DNA of 64,000 nt from the human T2T-CHM13v2.0 reference genome, Homo sapiens, in NCBI RefSeq assembly GCF_009914755.1, contig NC_060932.1; one strand, written 5' to 3'. Both the position numbers and the translations under genes were made by a program. The first letter of the stretch is position 1; each line of letters opens with the position of its first letter. Below, in pieces: positions 1 to 12,276 of the stretch. The notes under the pieces are model-generated. The model did not search any database, was not told the DNA's origin, and was given only the letters and a program-made list of their open reading frames with translations.

Positions 1-650
1 TAAATTACTCCTACTTAAAAGTCCCAAGGATATTTTCCTACATTTTATTCTATTTGATTTGTAATTTTATTTTTCACATTTAGAATACAAATTGACCTGG
101 AGCTCACCTCTATGTCCAAAGTTAAAAGGGTTTAATGTTTTCTTCCAAATACAATAGTGGGCCAATTTTTCAAGTCTCATCAACAAGTAAGGCGTGCTTC
201 CCACTAATTCACTTTGCCTCTGCTACCACACATCAAGCTTGGTGAATATGGGTTTTCTTCTCTGCTTTGCTAGGTTCTTGGTTGGCTCCCACAGACAACC
301 ACACATTCCATGAGGATGGCCTTGTAAAATGGGATGCATGCCAACTCTTTGCCCTACTTTTTCAAAATTGCCTAACCTTTTTGTGGAGCCTTATTCTTTC
401 ATAAAAATTTCAGAATCAGTTCGCCAAGCACTCACAAACATCTGCTGGGATTTTAATTCAAACTGAATTGAATGTATAAACTATTTGGGAAAAATTAGCA
501 TTTTTGTCATTACCTGGAGTTTCCAAAATGTTTTTAAATTTTTTCTAATTTTTCACCCTAAAGATATCGTCCATTCTTTGCCAGGTAATTTTCTAGAAAC
601 TCTGTAGTTTTATTGTTATTTTAATTGATAATTTATTTTCATCATTTCTC
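1..650 (-). mobile_element. Old LINE-1 (L1M/L1ME) ORF2 fragment, antisense
   Basis: ttttcagaatcagtt...ctgctgggattttaattcaaactgaattgaatgtataaactatttggg resembles reverse-complemented late L1 ORF2; heavily diverged. Confidence 0.6.
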
Positions 651-1149
651 TAGATGAGTAGTAGTGATGTGTATGACTGCTCATCACACCCCGTGTATGT
701 CATGAGGGCTTGTGTCGTGGTTGAGATTGTATGTATGTAAATGTATGTATGTGTGTGCTTGTGAATAGCAGCCTCAGAGCAACTGACACCTGGCAGTTGT
801 TCCTTACAAAGATGTCTCTGGAGCTTCTGCCTCCACTGGGCACCCTTCCACTCTGCAATATGCAGTGAGGTCAGGAACCCTGCAGGTACCCTGTGACCCC
901 AGACCACACCGGTTCATGTAAAGGAGTGTGGGTTGGCCCCATTAGAATTGTGCCACCCACTACTGGAAAATGTGGCCCAACATGAAATTTCAGAAATATG
1001 TTTCCACTCTTTGTGCTCTCCATTCATTCCGCTCAAACTGTATTGTATTTGGCAAATATTTTTATCACACGATTTAGGATTATGAAAAGTAAGTTTTTCT
1101 TCACCTTTTTTTCTTGCTTTTAGCAGTTTCAAGGAGATAACTGTCTTCA

Positions 1150-1420
1150 CTCTGCTATTTCTAACTGGAATGTCTCTAAATCTCGACCTGTCCATCCAAT
1201 TTTCTCCATGTCTGCTGCTGTCACCGGAGTTTAAACCACCAACAACAGCAAAGGGTTACTCAGCATCCTTTCCTGCCCCCGCCAATCCGATGCCCACCCT
1301 ACAACCAGACTGTTCTACTTCTTAAGACGCAAGACGGATCACATCACACTCAGTCCTGGCCTTGCTCTGAGGGTAAAACGCCAACTCCTTCCAGGGGGCC
1401 ACCATGACCGTCTCTGTCTC
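1150..1420 (+). mobile_element. L2 LINE relic
   Basis: Degenerate L2 3'-region motifs (gatcacatcacactc, agggtaaaacgccaactcctt). Confidence 0.4.
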
Positions 1421-2045
1421 CTTCCTCCCCGGGACCTCCGCGCTCTCGCAGCGCTTCTGGATTCACATCGCAGCTTGTGTCATCGTCTGTTCTGGGAAGA
1501 CAGCTGGCTGAGTTTTATTTCTGATGCGTTTTTAAAACTAAGGTCAACTACACCTGAAAGCGATCCCAGTAAAATGCCCTGAAAAAGTGCTAAACAAAAC
1601 ACCCTGTGAAAATTTCATACCACCACCATTGTCCCACCTCTACTCTGAATGTATTGGCTCGGCTTCTTGACAATTTGTTAGGACCTTTTTTAACCCTGTA
1701 ACAATAGATCCACTGTCAGACCCAAGATACAGGCTAACCTCTGAGGAAAGAGGAACTCAAACAATTGGTTTTGTTAACATCTGTCAACGAAGATGTGTCT
1801 CTCAGTTTCCCACTAAAGCAACTATGAAAAAAGAAAACAGAAAAGATGAAATGCACACAACCTCCAAAGCCTGGTGCCAGAATCTTAGAACTCTATTCAT
1901 TAAAAAGACTTTCCACTAAAGAATTTCTTTTCCACTAAAAGTAAGGTTGATGAAAATGAGCTGAAAACACACACACACAAACACACATATGCACACAGCA
2001 CAACACAAACAAAGGCTGCTGGACAGAGCAATAAAAAAACAGTGA

Positions 2046-2349
2046 AGCGGGGCGCAGTGGCTCACACCTGTAATCCCAGCACTTTGGGAGGCCGAGATGG
2101 GTAGATCACCTGAGGTCAGAAGTTTGAGACCAGCCTGACCAACATGGTGAAACCCCATCTCTACTAAAATACAAAAATTAGCCAGGCATGGTGGTGAGTG
2201 CCTGTAATCTCAGCTACTCAGGAGGCTGAGCCAAGAGAATGCTTGAACCCAGGAGGCAGAGGTTGCAGTGAGCAGAGATTGTGCCGTTGCACTCCAGCCT
2301 GAGCAACAAGAGCGGAACTCCGTCTCAAAAAAAAAAAAAAAAAAAAAAA
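2046..2349 (+). mobile_element. AluS (Sq/Sp-like), full length
   Basis: Dimeric Alu, caacaagagcg diagnostic, poly-A tail, degenerate TSD aaaa(c/a)agtga. Confidence 0.97.
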
Positions 2350-2537
2350 GTGAGATCTGTTCCTCCCAAACCACACTACTGTGGCCTACCTGGATTGGTG
2401 AAATACACTCCATACACATCCATGTAGAGAAAAATGATTACAAAGAAATATTTACTTAGTTTTTAAAGGAAGATACTTTCATTAGTGGTATTATCTCTCA
2501 TGTGTGACACTAACAGAATCCATTTCTATGACAGGGC

Positions 2538-2966
2538 TTAGAACCCAGCAACTTCGCTCCTAGGTAAATCCACAATACTCCTAGGTAAATACACAAGAGA
2601 AATGGAAACATATGCCCACACAAAAACTTGCACACGAACGTTCATAGCCACAAAATAGAAATAACTCAAATACAGATATATAAAAGGACAAATATTGTAA
2701 AATTCCATTTATATGCAATGTTCAAAATAGGCAAATCTGTAAAGACCGAAAGTAGATTAGAGGTTGCCAGGAGATAAGGGGAAAGGAAAATGAAAAGTGA
2801 CTACAAGTAGGTACAGGATGTCTTTGGAGGTATTAGAAATGTTCTGAAATTACATGGATTAGATAGTTGTGATAGTTGCACAACTTTGTGAATATACCAA
2901 AAACACAGAATTGTACACTTTTTAACAATGAATTTTATGGCATGTTAATTATATGTCAATTTAAAA
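2538..2966 (+). mobile_element. L1MB-type 3' end
   Basis: acccagcaa..ctcctagg..agagaaatggaaacatatgcccacacaaaaacttg; gaaagtagattagaggttgccagg; gaattgtacacttt. Confidence 0.85.
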
Positions 2967-3059
2967 GGGAGGTGGGCTTTAAAAATATATATCCCTGATA
3001 TATTCTTGAGAAGAAAATATTTGAAAATATATTCCAGTCAATTAAGATACAAATCAAAG

Positions 3060-3178
3060 AAATTTCATAATATTAAATATTTCATAATATTAAAATATTA
3101 TATAATTATAAAAATTATATTATTTGATATATTATTTTTATATAATTAAAAATATAATATTAACATAATATTAAAAGG
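3060..3178. repeat. AT-rich low-complexity tract
   Basis: Almost pure A/T with repeated atttcataatattaaa. Confidence 0.9.
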
Positions 3179-3376
3179 ATAGTTATTAAAGAGTAAAAAA
3201 CAGGACAAGATCACGCCTATGCTTTGAGATAAAGCTGTAATGAGCAGCCTGCATATGCACAAGATTTCCTTCTCTGCTCTCCCCCACTGACACCTTCTCC
3301 ACACACTTTAGGTGTAATCTGCCTCTCAGCCCCACGACAAGTATCAGAATCTGTGAGAATGTCTGTTGATAGATCA

Positions 3377-3920
<544 letters not shown>

Positions 3921-5076
3921 TGAAATAGAAATTCTAAAACTGTTTTCAGTTGTGAATTAAAAAAAAAAAATCACTGAATAAAGTCTAACAGCAGAACAAA
4001 AATGACAGAGGAAAAAGTCAATTAACTTGAAAATGAAGCCATAGAAAATTATCCAATCTGAAAAAAACGGAAAAAATAAAAATTATAACTGAGTCTCAAC
4101 GACCAGTGGGATAATATTCAAATGTTTAATATACTATAGCTGCATATTAAATCATTTTAGAAGAGAGCGAATGAGACAGAACAATATTTGAAGAAATAAT
4201 GGCCAAAAGAAGTCCCAATTTGAAGAAAGATATAAATTTACAGGCTCAAGTTCAATGTATCCCAGGTAAGATAAAAACAAATAAAACCATGCCTAGCTAC
4301 GTAGAGACAAACTGTTGAAAACTAAAGACAGAAAATCTTGAAAACTGCCAGAGGAAAAACAACACATTACATACAAGGGAACAATATTTGAGTGATCACT
4401 GACATCTCGCCAGAAACTAATGAAGCCAAAGAAAAATAAAAGTGGAATTGCATCTTTAATGTGAGAAAAGAAATAGTCAAGCCAGTGAAAATACCCTTCA
4501 AGAATGAGATTAAAGGAAATACACTACCAAAGAATATAAAAGCCAAGCGTTTGTTGACAGAAAACATGTTATAAAAAAATCTATTTAAAAAGTTATTCGG
4601 GCTGAAGTAAAATGACACTAGAAGGAAACTCAGATTTTCAGGAAAGAATGAAGACCATCAGAAATGGTAAAAATCTAGGTAAATATAGGAAGACTATTAT
4701 AATTCTTAATTTCTTTAAAATACATATGACTAAAGCAAAAAATACAACACCATTTAGTGAGATTTACAATGCATGTAAACGTAATGCGTATGACAACTCT
4801 AGCATAAATAATGGCATGGGGATGGTAAACAGTCCTACATGGCTACCAGGTTTCTACATTTCACAAAGTATGCAATCCTATTTCTAAGTAGATTGCAAAA
4901 AGTTAAGAAGATATATCCCTAGAACAACCACTTTAAGAAAACATCAATAGGTAGAGATCAAAAAGCTTAATAGATAAATTAAAATGGCATTCTAAAAAAT
5001 ACTCAAAATTTCATAAAAAGGTAAGAAAGGAGAAATAAACGAATTAAAAAGCATAAACTATAAATAGTAAAATATC

Positions 5077-5372
5077 AGCCGGGCATGGCAGCTCATGCCT
5101 GTAATCCCAGCACTTTGGGAAGCCAGGGCTGCTGGATCGCTTGAGCCCAGAGGTTCAAGACCAGCCTGGGCAAAATGTCAAACCCTGTCTCTACAAAAAA
5201 TACAAAAATTAGCCAGGCATGGTGGTGCATTCCAGTAGTCTCAGTCACTCAGGAGGCTGAGGTGGGAGGATTGTTTGAGCCCAGGAAGTCAAGGCTGCAA
5301 TGAGACACGATTATGCCACCGCACTCAAGCCTGAGTGACAGAGCAAGACCCTGTCTCAAAAATAAATAAATA
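5077..5372 (+). mobile_element. AluJ
   Basis: gatcgcttgagcccag, tagtctcag, aggctgcaatgag, gaccctgtctc J-type diagnostics. Confidence 0.95.
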
Positions 5373-5532
5373 CATATCAATGATGACACAATTATAATTA
5401 TTTTTCAAGTTGTTGGATTAAGTACTTCAATTAAAAGGCAGAGAGACAAAAAAAGCAAGACCCAACTCTATACTGTCTCAAGAAGCATGTTATAAAAATA
5501 AAGATCCAGATAGGTTAAATGTAAATGGAGAG

Positions 5533-5967
5533 TGTGATACTTCAGTTTATGTATCAGCTTGTCTGGGTTAAGGGATACTTAGATAGCTGGCTAAACATTA
5601 TTTCTGGATGTGTCTGTGAGAATGTTTCCGGAGAGATTAGCATTTGAATCAGTACATTAAGCAATGAAGATCTGCCCTCCCCACAGTAGGTGGGCATCAG
5701 CCAATCTGTGAGGGCCTGAATACCTTCCCCCATCTCCACTCCCCACCAGCACTACCCATCCCCAGGCTCATGTCTTCAGACTCAGACTGAACCACAACAC
5801 CTGCTTTCCTGGATCACCAGCTTGCAGATATCAGACAGTGGGACTTCTCAGCCTCCATAATCACATGAGCTAATTTCCATACTAAATCCTCTTTTATCTG
5901 TCTACCTACCTACCTACCTATCCAACTATCTCCTATTGGTTCTATTTTGCTGAGGAACTCTAGTACA
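5533..5967 (+). mobile_element. MLT2 (ERVL) solo LTR
   Basis: TG...CA termini; aacattatttctggatgtgtctgtgagaatgtttccggagagattagcatttgaatcag; internal (CTAC)n; TSD gagag/gatag. Confidence 0.88.
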
Positions 5968-8900
5968 GATAGAAAAATGATGTATTATGAAAACAGTTAT
6001 ATGAAGGCTGGAGTAACTATATTAACATCAGATAAAATATGCTTCAAGACAAAAAGTAGTAACAGAGATAAAAAGGGACATTTCATTATGAAAAAAGTTT
6101 AATTCATTAGCAAGATATCACAATCATAAATATGTATGTGGTTAGCACAAAGTTAAAAATGCATGAAGCAAAAACTAATAGAAGTAAAAGAAGGAATAGA
6201 CAATTTCACAACAAACATTAAAGATTATAACACTCTTCTCCTGCCAATTAATAGAATAACTAGACAAAACATAATTATCCAGATTATCTGAAGATTATCA
6301 ACCATCTGTCTTTAATTGATATTTATAGCACAATTGCAGAATACAAATTCTTTTCGAGCACATACAGTTTATTAAAACAAAAAAAAAAAATTACAGGTCC
6401 ATAAAATAAGTCTAAATCAATTTAAAAGGTTTGAAGTCACAGAGAGAATATTTTCTGACCACAGCAGAATATAATTAGAAATCAAACAGATAATCAGGAA
6501 ATCCTTATATATGTGAAAATTAAATAGCACCCTTCTAAATAATCCAAATATCAAAGAACAAATCACAAAGAAAATTGAAATTCAAAATTAAAATATGTCA
6601 TAACAAAACTTGGGAGATGCAGCTAAAGGAGTATTTAGAAAGCAATTTATAGCTTTAAATGACTATATTAAAAATAGTTCTAAAATTAATGACTGTTTCC
6701 ACTTCATTAATTATAAAAAGAAGAGAAAAGTAAATCCAGTGTAAGTAGGAAAAAAGAAATAATGAAAATAAGTGCAGATTAATGAAATAATTATAAAGAT
6801 AGAAAAAATAAAAAAATTAACAACGTCATAATATGTTTTTATGAAAAGACCAACAAAATTGATACACCAGATTGATCAAGAGAAAGGACACAAACTATCA
6901 ACATCAATAATGAAAAAGAGGTTATCAATACAGATCCTACAGACATTAAAAGATAATAAATGATATTACCAAAAACAACTTTATACCACCAAATATGAAA
7001 ACTTTGATGAAATACAACCTTTCCTTGAAAAATACGTCCTTCAAAAATTGAGGCAATGAAACAGAAAATATGAGCCACCCTACAGCTATTTTAGAAAATG
7101 AATTTGTTATCAAAACCCTTTCTATAAGAACTCCAGGTTCAGATGGTTTCACTGGTAAATTCTAAACCAATCTTATATAAACTTTATTTCTGAAAATAGA
7201 GAAGAGGAGATACTTTCCAACTCATTAGATAAGGTCATTCCAAAGTCTGGCAAAGATTACAAAAGAAAAAAAGAAATTGCAGACCAATACCTTTTATGAA
7301 AATGGATGCAAATATACTTAACAAAATTAGCAAATTAGACCTGGCAATTATTACTAAATAGGGCTAACCCCAGTATTGCAAGGCTGGTTTAATATTTGAG
7401 AATCAATGTAATCCATCCCATTAATAGAATAAAAATTGAAACTACATGATCATTTTAATAGACAGAAAGGCATTTAACAAAAAAAAAATCATTTTTTAAT
7501 TTTAGAAAACACCCAGAAAACCAGGAATAGAAGAAAACTTTCTCAGTCTAATAAAGGGCATCTAAGAAAAGCCTACAGCTGATACTATATTTAATGGTAA
7601 AATAATAACCACTTTCTTCCTTACAAGACCAAGCGAAGAATACCCAGTCTTTTTACTTCTATTCAACATATGGAGGTTCTAGCCATTTTAAAGGGCCAAG
7701 AAAAAGAAATAGGTAAAAAGATTGACAGAAAGAAGTAAAATTGTTTTTATCTGCACAAAATATAATTATCAGTACAAAAAATTCTAACAATTACTGAACT
7801 AATAAGTTATATTAAAGTTGCAGGATTAAAGGTTGAGATAGATACCAACCATCTTTCTTTAATTGATATTTGTATGTATAATGTCTTTTATATACTAACA
7901 TAAAACAATTGAAAACTAAAAATTTTTAAATCCAATTACAATACCACTGAAAAGTATGAAATATCAATGAACAGATTTAACAGAAAATGGAAACAAGATC
8001 TCTAGATTTAAAACTACAGAACATTGTTGAGAAAAATTAATGACCTAAAGAAACGAAGAGATATTCCATGTTCACAGATTGTAAAACTCAATATTGTTAT
8101 GACATCAGTTCCTCCCCAAAATTATCTATAGATTCAAAAGAATCATATTTGTAATCCCAACAGTGTTTTTAAGTAGATTTTGATAAACTGATTGTAAAGT
8201 TTTTACAGAAAAGATAGAGGACCAAGACAGCCTCAAGTGATCTTGAAAAAGAATATCCAATTTGGAGGATGTACAGCTATCTGACTTCAGGAATTACTGC
8301 CAAGTTCCAATCTCAGGATAGTGTCAATCTTAAGGATCAACAAACAAATCAAAGGAAAAGAATGGAGAGCCTGGCAATAGACACATATATTTAAAGACTA
8401 TCTGATTTTTGAAAAACTCACAAAAGTAATCCATTGGAGAAAAGATATAGCCTTTTTGACAAATGGAACTGGAGTAGCTAGATGTCTTTATGAGGAAAAA
8501 AAATGGCATTCAGTACCTCACACCATACATGAAAATTGATTCAAGATGGACCATAGACCTAAATGTAAAGGTTAAGGCCATAAGAAAATACATAATAGCT
8601 TTCATATTTGGGAGTACGTATGCAAAGTTTTCTGAAGTTATAGAAACAAATAATCATGGAAGAAAAATATTAATGAATTAGACTTCATCAAAATTAAAAC
8701 CTTACCCTCATGAAAAGATACCACTAAGAACATGAATGACATTCACAGACGTAAAGAACATATTCAAAAAACCTTTATCTGACAAATTGCTTGCATCTGA
8801 CCTATATGAAGAATTGTTACTACCAAAGAATAAAACAAATATTTCAGTTATGGAAATGGGCAAATTTAAAACAGATACTTCAGAAAAGTTGTAGAAGTGA

Positions 8901-9667
8901 CCAGTAAGTTCATGAAAAAGTGCCTAAAATCATCAGTGGTCGGCAAAATCCAAAGTAAAACCACATAAGATAGCACTACATGGTCACAAGGATTGCTAAA
9001 ATTAAAAAGATCAATAACACCAAATACTGGTGAAGATAAGGAGCAACTGGACTTCTTATATATTGATGATGGGAGTGTTAACTAGAATAACCACCTTGCA
9101 AAATGGACTGACAGTTACTGATAAAACTAAACATACACCTATTCTATGATCCAACAATTTCACCCTTAGGTATATATCCAAAAGAAATGAAAACAAGCAT
9201 GCTAAAAGCAGTTTTATTCATAATAACCCAAATCTGGAAATACCCCACATCTCAATGAATAAACAAATGGTGGCAAATTCATGCAATAGAATGTTATGCA
9301 GTTTTTTTTATAAAAGACAGCTGACGCATACACCAATTTGGATGAATCTCAAAAACAATGCTGAGTGAAAAAAAGCCTATGCAAAAGAATACAATGTGTT
9401 TGATTCCATCCATATGAATTTCTAGAACAGCAAGCCTAATCTATGGTAGAAAAGAATCACCACAGTGATTACCTCTGAGTGTTAAAGACGGGGATTAACT
9501 GGGAAGAAGTAGGAGAAACTTCCTCTGGTAAAAACAGTGTTTCCTTTAGACAAATCGAGGTGTACATTTTCCCAAATTCAACTAGTGTGCACTTAAGATT
9601 TGTAAATGTATCTGTAAATTATACATTAAAATTATATAAATATTATTACATAACATGGTGTATATTA

Positions 9668-10081
9668 TAATATAGTTTGGATATTTATTCCCACAAACCT
9701 CATGTTGAAATTTGGTCCCCACTGTTAGAGGTGGGGCCTAATGGGAGGTATTGGGTCATGGGGGCAGATTTCTGAGTATATGAATCCCCTTCCTTGAGGT
9801 GGGAGGGTGAGAAAGTTATCACTCTATTTGTTCCTGAGAGAGCTCGTTGGTAAAAGGAGCCTGGCAGTTCCCCTCCCTCTCACTTCCTCTCCCTTCATGT
9901 GATCTCTGCACAGCTCCATTCACCTTCTGCCATGAGTAGAAGCAGCCTGAGGCCCTCCCCAGATGCAGATGCCCAAACTTGAACTTTTCCAGGTATCAGA
10001 ATCATCAGCCAAAACCTTTTCTCTCTATAAATTATCAAGCCTCAGGTATTCCTTTATAGTAACACTAAAAAGGCTAAGACA
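9668..10081 (+). mobile_element. MST-family MaLR solo LTR
   Basis: tatagtttggat...ctcatgttgaaattt...ggtggggcctaatgggagg...ctcaggtattcctttatag...ctaagaca. Confidence 0.9.
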
Positions 10082-10136
10082 AGCAATACTTTATATTATT
10101 TAGTATGTGTTATTACTAATATAATGTGAAATACAA

Positions 10137-10262
10137 CATTATTTCAAGATAGTTGGAGAGGGAGAAAGATTTGCAAAGCAGGCAACACAGTTATTTGTTC
10201 CATGAGGTTCTTAAGTTTAGGTGAACATCTAAAGCCCAGATCTGTGAGATACATGAGAACAT
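10137..10262 (+). repeat. Local dispersed duplication, copy A (partner 12161-12276)
   Basis: 59-bp core 10192-10250 matches 12205-12263 with one mismatch; flanks also align. Confidence 0.95.
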
Positions 10263-12160
10263 GTGTTATATTTGATATGTAGTCATATAAATTATAATAC
10301 TTGTCTAAAACAAAAATTATATGCAAATATTGAACTCTAATTAATGGGTGTTAATAATTAATCAAATGTCTGCACTTTACTCTGATGGATAGAAGGAATA
10401 ACAGATGGATACATGCGATAAAACAAGTATACTAAAGTGTTAATGGTAGAATTTCAGGTGTGAGTATATGGATATTTACTGTGAAGTTTTGTCAACTTTG
10501 TCACATCCTTGAACCTCTTCAAAATAAAAATATATATCTTTATGAAGCACATATTTTTGCACAGATTTATGCATCTATATGTGTGTAGTTGTACACAGGT
10601 ACACATACATGTATGTGTGCTAAACAAAATCTAAGGACCTCAATGACAAAGTACAATATAACTTTTGTGGTCATGTTCCATATTATTAAAGCCTCAAATC
10701 CTTGTATTAAATACAGAAATGTTTTCTAAAACAACTTTGGCCCTGCCCAAAACATCTTCCTTTAGCCATCTGCACAGAGAGGATGTTGATTCTGACGTGT
10801 ACCTGCTCCGGGCACCTCATTCTGCAAAGAGAAGTCTCACCTCTTCATCAGTTGAAATTCAAAGTATGCAAATATTTTACTAACAATAAATTGGCTTTTT
10901 TTCCCCTGCTGCTGCTAGGGAAAAAAAAATGACCCATTCATTGAAAGATACATTTATACTTGGATCCAGCCAGACTGTCATGGAACTAAAGACATTTGTA
11001 TCAAAATAGTAGATACGATATTGTTGGATTCTTCCTAGAACTGACATGATGCTCTACAGGGCACTGAAGGACATTATAAGAAATGTGTATGAAATTCAAT
11101 ATTGTAAATATTAAAAGATGTTGCTAATACCATAGTCCAATATCATTCCATGTCCTCATTATATAAGAATGAGAAGTATCCATTTCATTGTTTTCAGTAT
11201 CAGGAAAAGCTTTACTTACCCTGAGTGACCAGCGTATTTATACATGGATGGCATGACTTTTACCGTCACGCCATCTCAGTTTCTTGCAAGGGAGCTCAGA
11301 GCCAAATTTCTAGTGCACCACTAGAAGCGACCCTTAGATAAACATCCTAGAATCATAAAACTCCCCTGCCCTCATTTCCTCTTCCCCATATTCTCCAGCT
11401 GAATATTTTACTCTCTGTGATGGTTTGTACATTTTTAAAATTATTTTTAACTCAAATTAGCACCTATGACAGTTTTTGTCATTAATATAATTAGCGATCA
11501 TGATCTATTTTATCACCAGCATCCCTCTGTTCAATTACTTACATATCTTTGGCATTATGTTTATGCATACAAACTAACTTTATGCACCCCTTTTAAGTAA
11601 CTAAAATAAATCATTTAGAGGGCTTATTGTAAGGAAGGAAGGAGGAAGAAAGAAAATCAGCAAGGGAAAGCAAGGGACATTATAAAATTCCTGCTCAATC
11701 AGAAAAAAAAATGTAAAATATTAACAAAATGTCACTCTTTGCTGACTCAAATCCAACCAAATACAAATTCATGTCAGCACCTGCATTCAGCAACCTATTG
11801 ATCCAATGTCTCCATAGCAAATGCAGAAAGTTGATTTAAGGCTTACTAATAATGAGTGTTAGTCATCAGATATCATATGATTCTTACCAACTAGGTTTGT
11901 GGATTGTCATTTTAAGGAAAAAAAAGTAGTCTCCTCACACCTTTTCTTCTGTACAATGAATAGAAGGAAAATATTTTTGCCACAAACTCTACATGGATTA
12001 TGGGATAGATATCACGCCATCAGAATCAAGAAATTATAAGTAGAAATCACAGCATAAGAGATTTTTTATGATGCCACAAAATAATCATTTTCTAAACATA
12101 AACGTTAATTTTACTTGTGAAGCAATAACACTTTGAGTGCCTGTTATTCATACAATATTA

Positions 12161-12276
12161 CATTATTTCAGGATTGTTGGAGGTTTGCAAAGTAGACGAC
12201 ACAATATTTGTTCCATGAGGTTCTTAAGTTTAGGTGAACATCTGAAGCCCAGATCTGTGAGATGCCTGAGAGTATG
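12161..12276 (+). repeat. Local dispersed duplication, copy B (partner 10137-10262)
   Basis: tatttgttccatgaggttcttaagtttaggtgaacatct(a/g)aagcccagatctgtgagat shared. Confidence 0.95.

Larger units (their letters stand above)
3925..10530 (+). mobile_element. Ancient near-full-length L1 (L1ME2/3-like) with ORF1, ORF2 and 3' UTR remnants, interrupted by AluJ, MLT2 and MST
   Basis: A-rich ORF1-like sequence 3960-4650; ORF2 landmarks (gctggagtaactatattaacatcagataaaata, ccaggttcagatggtttcactggtaaattcta, gcaaggctggtttaatatt, tacctcacaccatac); L1ME 3' UTR aaatattgaactct...atggtagaatttcaggtg. Confidence 0.9.

Noticed and set aside
1386-1405. CTCF-like CCAGGGGGC
   Set aside because: Mismatches on both sides of the core and lies in an L2 relic.
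2557-2590. ctcctaggtaaat repeated twice (similar micro-repeats at 40880-40970, 51532-51564, 52749-52779)
   Set aside because: Small slippage-type duplications inside repeats; common and uninformative.
4367-8681. Hydrophobic, membrane-like minus-strand ORFs
   Set aside because: Antisense readings of A-rich L1 sequence give Phe/Leu/Ile-rich peptides.
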